Positions 35,641 through 50,810 of a DNA stretch of 64,000 nucleotides are shown in pieces; position 1 is the first letter of the stretch, and every line of letters begins with the position of its first letter. Location of the stretch: positions 238,142,001 to 238,206,000 of the forward strand of contig OZ024741.1 in the NCBI GenBank assembly GCA_964016885.1, in the 5' to 3' direction. The notes beneath the pieces are model-generated. The model ran no database searches, was not told where the DNA came from, and was given only the letters and a program-made list of their open reading frames with translations. The DNA is from Eledone cirrhosa. Taxonomy: Eukaryota. Both the position numbers and the translations under genes were made by a program.

Positions 35641-37020
35641 GAAATTTCCTTGAGAGAGTTTGGAGCAATAAATCTAATGATTCAGGACATGTTAACATAG
35701 ATAGGGGATATTTTAAAGAATGATTCAACCACTGACTTCATAGAATATTTTATCTTAAACAAGATGTCAAATATTGAAATTATAGAAACAATAGTTATTA
35801 AAATAGGAGACAGTGGTATTAATAGCACAGACAATATTTTACCATGCTACAAAAATGATAAATATAAAATATATTCACAAATAACTTTAATGAAACCAAA
35901 TCTATAATGAGCATTTAGATTGTTTTAGCAAATTATTTGTAATGAAATGATTTTAACCATGTATGTAAATGTAACATTGTATATTGTACTGCTATACATA
36001 TAATATATGTGGTATGGTTTTTACTAAATAACAACTATAATGTGGTAAATATTATTTTGTACAAACAGCATGATACTTTTTCTGATTAATTCTTAACACA
36101 TTTATAAAACATTCATCTATTATTGTCAGAGTTAATATATTTTAACAACTCATGACAATATCATCAGTTTATATCTCACATTAAACATAGTAAGATATCA
36201 TGACTAAACTATATTTATCAATGTTTTAATAATAAATATTCGTATATTATTTACATAGAAATATAACATAGATATTTAACATAATATATAGGGGTTTTAA
36301 TGATCTCAATTTTAATGATCTCATAGTTTTAATTAAAGCTAAAAAAGATTAAGATTTAAGTATTCAATTATTACGGCAACACAGATATAAACTATTGTGA
36401 CATATATTATTCACAAACAGATTTATTGTCTATCAATAAATAAATTTCAAACAGTTAAATAAATATATACACCTGACTTCAACTATTTTACACCAATATA
36501 GTATATAAAATATATAGAAGCAATATATATATATATAGCTTAATATCTGTTGTATAATGTCTTGGTTGATTTTGCTATTACTATAAGCAGTTTTTCTAGA
36601 GGTATTTGTATTTCTACTAGTGATGTTGTTGTTGTTAATGGTGGAAGTGATGGCAAGATCTCTCTATCCACCACACTCAAAATCCCTTTATATATATAAC
36701 ATGGCAGACATATTCAGCAGTTATCTTAGTCATTGTATTTAATGGTGGAAGGGAAGGCTAGATCTATTTTTTCCTCAGTTCCAGCAGGGGAACTTGGCAT
36801 TGCATGATGATGATAATGATACATATATAGAAAGAACTAGATAGACAAACATGTAAATATATAGATAGTTAAATAAATAGATAATAGACAGACAGATAAA
36901 TAGATAGATATACAATAGGGTAAACATTTTAGATATAATCCTTTGTCTGTGATTTCCTATGAACACATGATTTAAATGTTATATGGATATGAAAAAATAG
37001 AAAAAAAGTGAGAGATTTAC

Positions 37021-37290
37021 CTTCATTGTTTAATCCTTCACTCTAGTTGTGTGTGATGGATGATGTGTATCCTGCTGTAGTGTTCCAGTGTAACTGCTGC
37101 TACTGTGTTTTAGCATTACTGCTGCTGATGTGGTGTTCCAATGTAACTGCTGGTGTGACAGTAGCTATATGTAGTAGGAGGTGGGATGTTAGCCAGATGG
37201 TGTTGGGGCTGTAGTTACAACATTATGTCCTCCACACACACAATAGTGTGTATCAGGAACAAAGAAAAAAATCTATCAGCCTCACTTTGA
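37021..37290 (-). other. Leader exon L4 (of G4)
   Basis: Ends ACAATGAAG|GTAAAT. Confidence 0.7.
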
Positions 37291-37342
37291 ATATTGAAAG
37301 AAATATAAAATCTCTCTCATCCAATAGGAAATTACTGCAATG
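37273..37342 (-). promoter_or_regulatory. Promoter P4 (CCAAT 37321-37325)
   Basis: Conserved motif. Confidence 0.65.
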
Positions 37343-38355
37343 TTGTCTGTCTAACACAAACACATGTAAGATGAAAGTGAAGCAGCTTGATAATTTACAT
37401 ATGCTAACATCTCTACATTACATATCTAGTGTTAATAATGAAAGATTTTAATTTTTAAACTGCTATTAATTATTTTAAAACTAATTTTATTATGATTCCT
37501 ATTCTAAATATTATTATTTATTTTGAATTTAAGTAAGAAACGATTTTTGTTGAACAAGAAATAAGTTAAAATATAGTAATTTTGAGGAAATATATTTAAG
37601 ATTTAACCCTAATGATGTCAATATTGAATATATAAAGGAAAGTTATTAATAAGAGATTTTGCCTGTTGCAATGTCAATGTAATGGTGAGAAATAGAAATT
37701 TTTCTAATTTACAGTCAAATATTAAGCTCTCTTTCATATCTAACTATCTAATTATTATAAAATAGTATAATGAAGTTACACTTTTCTTTTATGTTTTAAC
37801 CCATGATGTCATATAATAGGGAAATAATATTGTAAACTGATCAAAATTACTGTATTTCGTGCTAGGATTGAGGATTATAAATAAAGTAAAGAGACCCTAA
37901 AATATAAAGTAAAATAGAAGAAATAATAATGAAATATATTTTGACCTATGGTAATATAACAATGTACCTATTATTTATGTATCAAAATGTATATTAAGGA
38001 ATATAAAGGCTGACATTGCTGATGTTTCATGAGTAAAGCATAGAGTTGATATATTTTTATATCAATATAGAGTATTCTATAACATTTGGTGTGTGTGAGA
38101 GAATCATTTAACAATAGTGATACAATAGTATTACAACTGATAGTAGAGTAGCTATTTAATTATAGACAACTGTATATGTAATATCTAATGTATCAGAGAT
38201 GTAAATTCAGGATCATGATAAATGCTTTGAAAATAAACTTGTCATGTGTGATGTTTAAAAGAAATACAGAGTTTATATTTTTATATCAGTACAAAGTATT
38301 CTATAAAATTTGGTGTGTGTGAGAGAATCATTTAACAATAGTAATGGAACATCTA

Positions 38356-38435
38356 CTATGTTGGCTGTAGATATGTATCTTGTACTTGTTGTCCCTTTTG
38401 TATTGTGGCTGGAACTGGATTGTCATTGGTATATT
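38356..38435 (-). CDS. Protocadherin G5 last coding exon
   Basis: TTTTCCAG acceptor, 80 nt to TAG TAG. Confidence 0.85.
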
Positions 38436-38593
38436 CTGGAAAATATAAAATATAGAAACAGAAATTATATTTCAATATAACAACTCTGTAAATATATAAA
38501 CATTGATGTTATATTACACTAAACATAATATTAAATATTGTCTTACAGTAATAAAGGGAATTACATTTCTATGTTATGTATAGTTAAAGTTAC

Positions 38594-38741
38594 CTGGTTG
38601 TGCAGATATCTCTTCATATGGTTTAGTCTTGCCAATACTCTTGTAACCTTCTCTGCTTTTTTGTGATGTTAAGGTGTCACTGTTGTAGTTAGACATGCTG
38701 AGACTGGTGCGACCTTCATGACTATGGATTGAATCACATCT
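38594..38741 (-). CDS. Protocadherin G5 148-nt exon
   Basis: Canonical AG/GT, conserved peptide. Confidence 0.85.
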
Positions 38742-39164
38742 CTGTGGATTATAAATATAAGTAGAGTGAAACACAATGTTAACTAAAATATATGTTTAAA
38801 TTTATTACATACATTGTTCAAGGTACAACACAGAAAAATAAATCCTTTTATAAGTTGGAAATCTACACATGTCAATCTCCAATAATCTAATGACAACCTC
38901 ATTATCAAAAAAGTAAATAAATAATATCCTAGATGTGGGAGCAGACCTCTAATATCTTGACTTCTGTAGAGTGTTGCCTTTTATGAAGCTTATTATAGGG
39001 ATCTTTTACAAGGTGGTCATAAAACCAATGCAGATTAACATGTGATATAGAATCATATAAAAAGAAATATTCTGATTATTTATTTTCTTTATTGGTGTAA
39101 GTAAATAGAAACATGTTTATGGGATAATTGAAATATTAAATTTAGTTAATTATATAAAATATTT

Positions 39165-39372
39165 CCACGCTGAAATGTGGCCGTGTAGGTAACACGGTAA
39201 AAACCTCACAGTCCACACTGTAAATGTGGTTGGTGTTAGGAAGGGCATCCAGCTGTAGAAAACCTGTCAGACAGTCCTATATGAACAAGACAACCAATCT
39301 TGCCTCAAGTGGGACAATTCCCGTCTAAACCCATGCTAGCGTGGAAGATAGACATTAAATGATGATGATGAT
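39165..39372 (+). mobile_element. RTE-like 3' tail fragment
   Basis: Matches 29703-29917; (GAT)n end. Confidence 0.75.
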
Positions 39373-39532
39373 TTCTGTAATAATTCTGTAAAAATTATTT
39401 TCTTCTAGTAAAGAAAAGTTTTTTGTTAATAAGATTCTATAATGTGTGACATATTAAAATGTCAATAAAACATGTTTCTAAAATATTATCAAAGGTTGAT
39501 CAATACTAGAATTGTTGAAAACAAATATTTAC

Positions 39533-41932
39533 CTGAGGAACTGGTGGAAGTCTCCTTTGTGTTGTTGAGAATTTCCACTCATCTGGTAACTGTTCCATCT
39601 CTGGATAAAACTGACTTTTAGATTTTATTGTCTGAAGATTTCTGTTAAATATTTCTTCTGCATTTCTAGTTATTGCAACAGGATTGTTAGTCTGATACAG
39701 TAATTGTCTCATCTCAGTCTGAGACAGAAAGTTTGAATTATCTGCTGTTGTAGGTGAGTTATTGGTGTGATTAATACATCTGAAAACACACAGTGTTATT
39801 GACACTACAATAGCCACAGATATTATTACAGCTGCTGCTACAATGATAATTACCCAAGTCATATTGAGGTTGGTACCAGACTGTAAGTGGACAGCATTCA
39901 ACATTGGAGATGTATCATTACTAACAAACAATGTTAGTATGATAACAGTTGTTGCTGATTGAACTGGACTACCACCATCTTTCACTATAAACTGTAGGTC
40001 ATATGTTCCTGCATCATTTTGGTAAACTGTCCGAGAGAAAGATAAGACACCAGTGTGGGAGTTGACTGTAAACAGGTTTTTATCATTAGATCTCAGTATT
40101 CCATATGTGAGGAAAGCATTGTTTCCAGTGTCTTTGTCAGAGGCTTTCAGAATTGTGATGTCTTTCTTACTGTGTGGATGGTAGTGGACATCTAGATTGT
40201 AAGGGTCATTAATAGGAAAGGTAAAATAGGGAGCATTATCATTTTTATCTAGAATCTCAATAACAATATTGGCAGTGTCATTCAGAGAAGGTGTTCCATT
40301 ATCTTTGACTAAAACCTGGAATTTATAGATGTCTTTCACTTCCCGATCTATTGATTGTGATGTAGAAATAAATCCATATTTTGTAAGTTGGAAAGGAATG
40401 TTATCATTGTTGTTATCATTGATGATAGAATATGTAAGTTGACCTCCATCTCCAAGATCAGGGTCTGTAGCATTGATGAAGCCAATAGGGAAGTCAACTT
40501 TCTGGTTTTCATAGGTGAGGAATTGGAATGTATCTTTGGTAAAATGTGGCTGTACATCATTAACATCAGTTACTTTGACTGAGAAATATTTCTTAGTTTC
40601 TAGTTGAGGTGATCCCATGTCATGACATATAATAGATACTTTATAGTGATCCTTTATTTCTCTATCAAGATGTCCCTTAACAATTAAATTATATTCTTTA
40701 GAATCTATTTTGGCAAGTTTAAATTTATCATGTTCTAAATCACAGCTAACCGCACCATTAGGTCCAACATCAGTGTCAGTGACCATAACATAAGCTATAA
40801 AACTATCTAGTTCACTGTCTTCTGAAACTGCCGTGGAACTTTCTGATAAAGGAGATACAAAATCTATATTTATCACTGGAGCATTATTCTGGTTATTAAT
40901 TATGTGAATTCGAACTGTGGTAACAGACTTTTTGGGTGGAATGCCTCCATCACGTGCTTCAATAAATAATTTATAAGATTGCATCTTACTAGAGTGAAAA
41001 TTATCATGTAAAAATATCTCTCCAGATTTCTTTTCTAATACAAAATATTTCTGGACATTTCGAGATGTTTTATGGTTGAAATGATAGAAAATCTTTCCAT
41101 TGTTTCCAGAATCTAGGTCTGTGGCTTTTACTGTAAGAATTGGTAAATGTCTTTGATGTGAATTATTTATAGATATGTTGTAGACCTTCTGTGAAAATAC
41201 AGGTGTGTTATCATTAACATCTGTCACAGCTATGTGTACCTTGAGTGTAGCTGTTTGGGGAGGGTTCCCTCCATCTTTAGCTTCAAGTGTCAACATATAT
41301 GAATCTCTTACTTCTCTGTCTAATTCATGTTCTAGAATAAGTTCGGGCATGAAGATACCATCAGGTTGTTTTGTGCCATAGAGAGAAAATGGCTCACTCT
41401 TACTTTTCTTAATCAGGTATGCAATCTGAGAATTTCTTAATGAAATATCTTGATCAATGGCATTTGGAAGAGAGATTTTACTTCCTTTAAAGTCTCTTTC
41501 TGAAAATTCAATTTCAACTGCATTCTCTGGAAATTCTGGTGAATGATCATTGATGTCTTCTATTAATATTTTTATCTTAAGAATTTTCATAAAGGTTTTT
41601 CCCTTCCTCACTGCTACTTTTACAATTCTGGAACATTCCTTGTTATATGTACACAATAACTCAGCATCTAGTGTCTGTGTAGTGTATAGTTTTCCTGTGT
41701 TGGTGACATTGAATAAGTGAGAACCACTTGACACTGTCCTTTGTAGTTGTGTAAATGTTATGAGAGTGTGTTGTTGATGTGTAAGAGAGTGTGTTAAGTT
41801 AGAATCAACAGCAATGTCTCCTATATAGGTGTGAGGACTGTCTTCTTCATTGACATGGTATGTAATGTCTATAGACAGTACAATGTTTATCAATAAATGT
41901 AGTAGACAGAGTAGACCAATATATGTTGTCAT
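39533..41932 (-). CDS. Protocadherin G5 large exon (800 codons)
   Basis: Intact ORF; donor CAG|GTAAAT; acceptor at 41970. Confidence 0.95.
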
Positions 41933-43737
41933 GTCTGGAATTCTTCATCGCACTGCAGCTGTAGAAATTTCTACAAAAACACAACAAAAATCATCTAAAT
42001 GAAATAAATAGAATAAGAAATAATAATAATAATCTAAATTAAGGAAATGTTATATTTATCTCTATATACACTCCATTGGGCACAACTGAACAACATTACG
42101 TATGTTATCTCTTCTGATTTTGTAATAGCTACAAGTCTCTCACTTGGTTTCATATGAGGGCTGAATAAATAACAGGAGTTGGGTGTGGAAGAGCAATCGT
42201 ATATAGTCCAAAACATCCTGGATAACCCATAGTAGCTCAATGCTGTACTTCTGGAAGGTCCCAAAATGACATATATCCTCCGTTGAAATTTAATGAAGAA
42301 AATGTTCTCCTATATAAGCTGTATGTAAAATGTTATATTGCAATACAAACAGATGAAGCAAGCACTGAAAGCCTTGAGCATGCATGTTTCAGTGGATGTT
42401 TAATGTTAGCATGCATGAAAAATAGAGTATAAGTGAACTGAGAGAAGACTAAGATGGTATGGATATGTGATGCATATGGAAGATGAAAAATGTAGTATAA
42501 AGTCTACAGAAATTTCAGTGGATAGGAGTTGTAGAAAAAGTGACCTAGAAAGACATAGGATTAATTTGTGATGACCAATCTTAGAAAGCGGAATCACACA
42601 CCAGATTACACAGAAGCTGGCATCATGCAGTAGTGGAGAAGACTTGTCTGCCAGCATAAAATGTCACTTGATCATTCCCACCTTAACTGTATACTAGCCA
42701 GGATGATAACACCATTCCTCACCCTTTCATCACCTTGTGAAATCCCATCACACGATTTACACCCATAACATACTTTCTCTATCAGTTCTCCACATTACAC
42801 CTGGAACCCAAACATTGAACATGTCACTCCTACATGATACTTTTTTTGATTAATTCTAAACAAATCTATAGAACATTCATCTATTGTTATCAGAGTTAAT
42901 ATATTTTAATAACTCATGACAATATCATCAGTTTATATCTCACATTAAACATAGTAAGATATCCAGAGTAAACTTTATTTATCAACGTTTTAATAATAAA
43001 TATTATTTACATATAAATATAAAATAGATATTTAACATGATATATAGGGGTTTTAATGATCTCATAGTTTTAATTAAAGCTAAAAAAGATTAAGATTTAA
43101 GTATTCAATTATTATGGCAGCACATATATTATTCAGTCTCATTGTCTATCAATACATAAATTTAAAATGGTTAAGTAAACATAAAGACTTAATTTGAAAT
43201 ATGTTACACCAATATTGTATATAAAATATATAGAAGCAATATATATATAGCCTAATGTCTGTTGTATAATGTCTAGGTTGATTTTGCTATTACTATAAGT
43301 AGTTTTTCTAGAGGTATTTGTGCTACTACAAGTGCTGTTGTTGTTGTTGTTGTTGTTAATGGTGGCAGTGATGGCAAGATCTCTCTATCCTCCACACTCA
43401 AAATCCCTTTATATATATAACATGGCAGACATATTCAGCAGTTATCTTAGTCATTGTATTTAATGGTGGAAGGGAAGGCTACATCTATTTTTTACTCAGT
43501 TCCAGCAGGGAAAATTGGCATTGCATGATGATGATGATGATAATGATACATATATAGAAAGAACTAGATAGACAGACAGCTTAATAAATAAATAGATAGA
43601 TAGACAGACAAACAGATAAATATACAATAGGGTAAATATTTTAGATATAATCCTTTGCAAGTGATTCCCTATGAACACATGATATAAATTTTATATGGAT
43701 ATGAAAAAATAGAAAAAAGTGAGAGAGAGAGATTTAC

Positions 43738-44008
43738 CTTCATTGTTTAATCCTTCACTCTAGTTGTGTGTGATAGATGAGGTGTATCCTGCTGTAGTGT
43801 TCCAGTATAACTGCTGCTACTCTGTTCTAGCATTACTGCTGCTGCTGTGGTGTTCCAATGTAACTGCTGGTGTGACAGAAGCTATATGTAGTAGGAGGTG
43901 GGATATTAGCCAGATGGTGTTGGGGTGGTAGTTACAACACTATGTCCTCCACACATACAATAATGTGTAACAGGAACAAAGAAAAAAATCTATCAGCCTC
44001 ACTTTGAA
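43738..44008 (-). other. Leader exon L5 (of G5)
   Basis: Ends ACAATGAAG|GTAAAT. Confidence 0.7.
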
Positions 44009-44060
44009 TATTGAAAGAAGTATAAAATCTCTCTCATCCAATAGGAAATTACTGGCATGT
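43990..44060 (-). promoter_or_regulatory. Promoter P5 (CCAAT 44038-44042)
   Basis: Conserved motif. Confidence 0.65.
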
Positions 44061-44763
44061 TGTCTGTCTCACACAAACACATGAAAGATGAAAGTGAAGC
44101 AGCTTGATAATTTACATATGCTAACATTTCTACATTACATATCTAGTGTTAATAATTAAAGATTTTAATTTTTAATTTGCTATTAATTATTTTAACATTA
44201 TAAAACTAATTTTATCATAATTCCTTTATTTTAAGAATTATTTATTTTGAATTTAAGTAAGAAACGATTTGTGTTGTACAAGAAATATTTTCGAATATCA
44301 TAATTTTGAGTAAGTAAGTATATGTAAGATGTATCCCTCATGATGTAAACACTGAATATATAAAAGAATATCATTAATAAAATGTTTAGATATTAGTCAT
44401 GACAATGTAATGGTTAGAAATAGACTTAATTCTAATTTACAGTTAAATATTCAGCTCTCTCTCATATCTAACTTTCTAAACATTATAATATACTAGAACT
44501 AAGAATAATAAATAAAGTAAGGATATTAACCCTAAAATAGGAAGTAAATTAGAAAATTAATAAAGAAACATATTTTGACATATGGTAATATAACAGTATT
44601 TATATTATTTATGTATTAAAATGTAAATTAGGGAATATAAATGTTGACATTGGTTATCCTATATGAGTGAAGCATAGAGGTGATATATAGATATCAATAT
44701 AAAGTATTCTATAACATTTGGTGTGTGTGTGAGAATCATTTAACAATAGTGATGGGACATCTA

Positions 44764-44843
44764 CTATGTTGGCTGTAGATAGGTATCTTGTACTTGTTGT
44801 CCCTTTTGTATTGTGGCTGGAACTGGATTGTCATTGGTATATT
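44764..44843 (-). CDS. Protocadherin G6 last coding exon
   Basis: TTTTCCAG acceptor, 80 nt to TAG TAG. Confidence 0.85.
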
Positions 44844-45002
44844 CTGGAAAATATAAAATATAGAAACAGAAATTATATTTCAATATAACAACTCTATAAA
44901 GATATAAACATTGATGTTATATTACACTAAACATAACATTACATATTGTCTTACAGTAATAAATAGAATTACATTTCTATGTTATGTTTAGATAAAAATT
45001 AC

Positions 45003-45150
45003 CTGGTTGTGCAGATATCTCTTCATATGGTTTAGTCTTGCCAATACTCTTGTAACCTTCTCTGCTTTTTTGTGATGTTAAGGTGTCACTGTTGTAGTTA
45101 GACATGCTGAGACTGGTGCGACCTTCGTGACTATGGATTGAATCACATCT
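45003..45150 (-). CDS. Protocadherin G6 148-nt exon
   Basis: CCACAG acceptor, CAG|GTAATT donor. Confidence 0.85.
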
Positions 45151-45740
45151 CTGTGGAATATAAAAGAAAGCAAAGTGAAACAATGTTAACTTGAATAAAT
45201 ATTTATATTTATTATCAAAAATATTGCAGGTACAACAAGAAATAAATCCTTTTATAAGTTGGAGATCAACGCAGATCTCAAACTCAAATAATCTAATAAC
45301 AACCTCATTATAAATAAATTAAATAAGTAAAAGTCCTAGAAGTGGGAGCAAACTTCTAATATCTTGACCTTTGTAGAGGCTTGTCTTTTGTGAAGCTTAT
45401 TATAGGAGTGTTTTACAAGGTGGTCATTAAATCAATGGAGATTAACATGTGATATAGAATAATTCCAAAAGCAATATGATTATATATTTTCTTTATTGGT
45501 GTAAATAAATAGAAAGCCGTTTATGGGTTAAATCAAAAATATTAATCTGTAAATATAAAAATCTAGTTAATTATATGAAATCTAAAATTCCGTAAAAATG
45601 ATTTTCTTCCAGTAAAGAAAGGTTTTATTGTTAATTAGACCCTATAATGTATGACATATTAGGATGTTAATTAAATTGGAAATATTAAAATATGTTTCTA
45701 AGTTTAATCAATACTAGAAGTGTTGTAAACAAATATTTAC

Positions 45741-48137
45741 CTGAGGAACTGGTGGAAGTCTCCTTTGTGTTGTTGAGAATTTCCACTCATCTGGTAGCTG
45801 TTCCATCTCTGGATAAAACTGACTTTTAGATTTTATTGTCTGAAGATTTCTAGCAAATATATCTTCTGCATTTCTGGTTATTGCAACAGGATTGTTAGTC
45901 TGATACAGTAATTGTCTCATCTCAGTCTGAGATAGAAAGTTTGGATTATCTGTTGTTGTAGGTGAGTTATTGGTGTGATTAATACATCTGAAAACACACA
46001 GTGTTATTGACACTACAATAGCCACAGATATTATTACAGCTGCTGCTACAATGATAATTACCCAAGTCATATTGAGGTTGTTACCAGACTGTAAGTGGAC
46101 AGCATTCAACATTGGAGATGTATCATTACTAACAAACAGTGTTAGTATGATCACAGTTGTTGCTGATTGAACTGGAGTACCACCATCTTTCACTATAAAC
46201 TGTAGGTCATATGTTCCTGCATCATTTTGGTAAACTGTCCGAGAGAAAGATAAGACACCAGTATGGGAGTTGACTGTAAACAGGTTTTTATCATTAGATC
46301 TCAGTATTCCATATGTGAGGAAAGCATTGTTTCCAGTGTCTTTGTCAGAGGCTTTCAGAATTGTGATGTCTTTCTTACTGTGTGGATGGTAGTGGACATC
46401 TAGATTGTAAGGGTCATTAATAGGAAAGGTTAAATAGGGAGCATTATCATTTTTATCTAGAATCTCAATAACAATATTGGCAGTGTCATTCAGAGAAGGT
46501 GTTCCATTATCTTTGACTAAAACCTGGAATTTATAGATGTCTTTCACTTCCCGATCTATTGATTGTGATGTAGAAATAAATCCATATTTTGTAAGTTGGA
46601 AAGGAATGTTATCATTGTTGTTATTGATGATAGAATATGTAAGTTGACCTCCATCTCCAAGATCAGGGTCTGTAGCATTGATGAAGCCAATAGGGAAGTC
46701 AACTTTCTGGTTTTCATAGGTGAGGAATTGGAATGTATCTTTGGTAAAATGTGGCTGTACATCATTGACATCAGTTACTTTCACTGAGAAATATTTCTTA
46801 GTTTCTAGTTGAGGTGATCCCATGTCATGACATACAATAGATACTTTATAGTGGTCCTTTATTTCTCTATCAAGATGTCCCTTAACAATCATTTTGTATT
46901 CTTTAGAATCTATTTTGGTAAGTTTAAATTTATCATGTTTTAAATCACAGCTAACCTCACCATTAGGTCCGACATCAGTGTCCGTGACCATAACATAAGC
47001 TATAAAACTATCTAGTTCACTGTCTTCTGAAACTGCTGTGGAACTTTCTGTTAAAGGTGATACAAAATCTATATTTATCACTGGAGCATTATTTTGGTTA
47101 TTAATTACATTAATTTGAACTGCAGTTACTGAACTAAGTGAAGGTTTTCCTTCATCTCGTGCTTCAATAAATAACTTATAAGATTGCATTCTACTGAAGT
47201 GAAAATTATCATGTAAAAATATCTCTCCAGTTTTCTTATTCAATACAAAATATTTCTGGGCATTTCGAGATGTTTTATGGTTGAAATGATAAGAAATCTT
47301 TCCATTGTTTCCAGAATCTAGATCTGTGGCTTTTATTGTAAGAATTGGTAAATGTCTTTGATGTGAATTATTTATAGATATGTTGTAGACTTTCTGTGAA
47401 AATACAGGTGTGTTATCATTAACATCTGTCACAGCTATGTGTACCTTGAGGGTAGCTGTTTGGGGAGGATCACCTCCATCTTTAGCTTCAAGTGTCAACA
47501 TATATGAGTCTTTTATTTCCCTGTCTAATTTGTTTTCTAAAGTTAATTCAGGTATGAAGGCCCCATCATGTCGCCTTGTGACAGAGAGAGAAAATGGTTC
47601 TTTTTTACCTTCATTAATCATATATGTAATTTGAGAATTCTTTATTGAAATATCTTGATCAATGGCATTTGGAAGAGAGAATTTATCTCCTTTTCTAGCT
47701 ATCTCAAAAAATTCAATTTCAACTTCATTCCTTGGAAATTCTGGTGAATGGTCATTGATGTCTTCTATTATTATTTTTAACTTCAGAACCTTCATAAAGG
47801 CTTTTCCTTTCCTCACTGCTACTTTAACAATTCTGGAACATTCCTTGTTATATGTACACAGTGATTCAGCATCCAGTGTCTGTGTAGTGTATAGTTTTCC
47901 TGTGTTGGTGACATTAAATAAGTGAGAACCACTTGACACTGTCCTTTGTAGTTGTGTAAATGTAATGAGAGTGTGTTGTTGATGTGTAAGAGAGTGTGTT
48001 AAGTTAGAATCAACAGCAATGTCTCCTATATAGGTATGAGGACTGTCCTCTTCATTGACATGATATGTAATGTCTATGGACAGTACAAGGGTCATCAGTA
48101 AATGTAGTAGACAGAGTAGACCAATATATGTTGTCAT
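45741..48137 (-). CDS. Protocadherin G6 large exon (799 codons)
   Basis: Intact ORF; donor CAG|GTAAAT; acceptor at 48175. Confidence 0.95.
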
Positions 48138-48639
48138 GTCTGGAATTCTTCATCACACTTTAGTAGTAGAAATTTCTACAAAAGATAACAGAAATATTTA
48201 AGGGTAAAGTAAAATGAAAGATAAACATAAAAATATTAATAATTGTGTAAAAGTTGTTTCTAATCTAAACATTTCTTCAGTTGATCCAACTGAACAACTT
48301 AAAATATGTCATCTCAACATGAGCGATGGTTAAATGGATAAGAAGAAAAAAAGAACATGCTATAGTGTAAGACAAAACAATATGGACATTCCTGTGTAGC
48401 TTCAATGCTGGAGTGAGCAATATTGTTGGAAGTTGCTGAAATATTACTGATATCCAGTTGATAACTGATGAAGATGTCCCAGGCATGTATGGCTATTATT
48501 TATTATTCTCTCTACCTCAGTTTTAAATTACTATTATTAAAATGATTAACATTATCTCAAGTATTAATTATAGTTAAAAAAGTTTGATATTTATTCTCCC
48601 TCCCACAATCTTTAATAATAATTTTTAATATTGTGTAAA

Positions 48640-49160
48640 GGAAGAGCACCCTGCTATAGAAACCATACCTAAAAGGATTGAGAAGACTCTTCAGTTGTCT
48701 CAATGGCACAACAACCTGTCTAGTGTTGGTGATCTACATGGTAATCACACACAGTACATGCTATAAAGTGGTTGGTGATAGGAAGAGCATTCTGTTGTAG
48801 AAAGCTTGCTAAACAAAGAATTGGAAGTACCCTCCAGTCATGTCAGGGACATGACAACCTTACAATAAATGCCCCCAGTACATGCTGTTAAGTAGTTGGT
48901 GATAGGAAGGGTATCCAGCCACAGAAAGCTGGTTAAATAAGGGGTTGGGAGGCCCCTCCAGTTGTGTCAAAGACACAACAATCTCTTTAGTGTTGGTGCC
49001 ACGATAAAATGCACTTGGTAGAACGTAGAACTGTATGTAAGCAAGATGTAAACCCCCAGTCTATCTGGAAGGTCAGTGACCCTGCTTCAGTAGTGACTTG
49101 GTCAGTGAAGACCCAGCCAACTCTTGCTAGCATGGAAAGTAGAAATTAAATGATGATGAT
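48640..49160 (+). repeat. Degenerate tandem ~120-bp units with (GAT)n tail (RTE-associated)
   Basis: 3-4 copies of GTTGGTGATAGGAAG(G/A)G(C/T)AT..GTAGAAA / ACAACC..TAGTGTTGGTG; ends GCTAGCATGGAAAGTAG..TTAAATGATGATGAT. Confidence 0.6.
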
Positions 49161-50488
49161 CAATAATGTGTCAATCAATTATATTTAAATTCTCAGCTCA
49201 GAGCCAGGCATGTGTAGCTAGACATATGTCATGTTCAAAATTTCCACAATTTTCCCTATATTCTTGTAAGAATAAATAATTATGATGAGACATCAGCTTC
49301 ATCATCATTTATGTGACTCCAGCTGTTATTACGTTAACTATGAAAATTTGTGGTGAAGACACAAAAAAAAAAAAATGAAAGATATTAAAAATGTCTAATA
49401 TTAGTTGGTTGAGATATGTTTGTAATGGGCAGTCATTACAAGGATTAAAGGTAATTAGAGAATAAAAAAGTTCTATGGAATGATGGTGGAACTTAGTGAA
49501 CAGTGAACCTATTATATTGTATTCTAGAGAAATTTAATTATTGCTCTTTGAGACTGCAAAACTAAAGATTCAAGACATGGCAACCTGGATAGAGGATATT
49601 TTGTAAAATTCAATCAATATCTTCATGTAATATTTTATACTAAACTAGACTTGCCACATTAAAATAATACAAACAATAATTATTAAAATATGATAGTCTT
49701 TAATAACAGAGAAAATATATTACAAAGTCTGTGGAAATATATTATTTCAGTGAATTTTGATGAAAAATAAAATCAATAATATTCCTGAAAAAATCTAGAT
49801 ATTTTAATCAAATCAATTGCAATATGTATTTACATACAATAATATAAAGTTGTATATATGCTATATATATAATATTACTAAATAGCAAACATAACGATAC
49901 TATTTCTGATTAATTCTTAACAAATCTATAAAACATCTATTATTGTCAGAGTAAATATATTTTAACAATACATGACAATATCATTTGTTTATATCTCACA
50001 ATATAGTAAGAGATCTAAATTAAATTATATTTATTAACACATGGAAAATATTGTAGTTATATATATAGCTTAATATCTCTTGTATAATGTGTCCTGTGTG
50101 ATTCTGACATTAAAAGAACTTTACTACTACTATAGAATCTGTTGTTTTTAATGTTGGAAATAAAGTCAATTTTTTTTTTTCCTCCACTGTCCCGTTCCCT
50201 TTATATATACAACATGGCAGACATATTCAGCTGTTAGGTTAGCTATGGTTTTTAATAGAGGAAGGAATGGTTAGATCTATCTTGCCTTCAATACCAGTAG
50301 GAAAAACCAACATTAAATGATGATGGTGATGATGATATTGATGTTGTATATATATATATATATATATATATACATACACACAACATAGCACATATTTCAG
50401 ATATTATCCTTAGCCTGTGTTTTTCTATAAACACATATAATATAAATGTCATGGATATGAAAAAAATGAAGGAGAAAGAGAGACTTAC

Positions 50489-50757
50489 CTGCATTGTTTA
50501 ATCATTCACTGTAGTTGTGTGTGAAGGATGATGTGTATCCTGCTGTAGTGTTCCAGTGTAACTGCTGCTACTGTGTTCTAGCATTACTGCTGCTGCTGTG
50601 ATGTTCCAGTGTAACTGCTGGTGTGACAGTAGTTTTATGTAGTGGGAGGAAGGATGTCAGCTAGATGGTGTTGGGGTGGTAGTTACAACACCATGTCTTC
50701 CATACACACAATAGTTGTATCAGGAACAAAGAAAAAAGCTATCAGCCTCACTTTGAA
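50489..50757 (-). other. Leader exon L6 (of G6)
   Basis: Ends ACAATGCAG|GTAAGT. Confidence 0.7.
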
Positions 50758-50810
50758 TATTGAAAGAAATATAGAAAATCTCTCTCATCCAATAGGAAAT
50801 TACTGCAATT
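50740..50810 (-). promoter_or_regulatory. Promoter P6 (CCAAT 50789-50793)
   Basis: Conserved motif. Confidence 0.65.
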
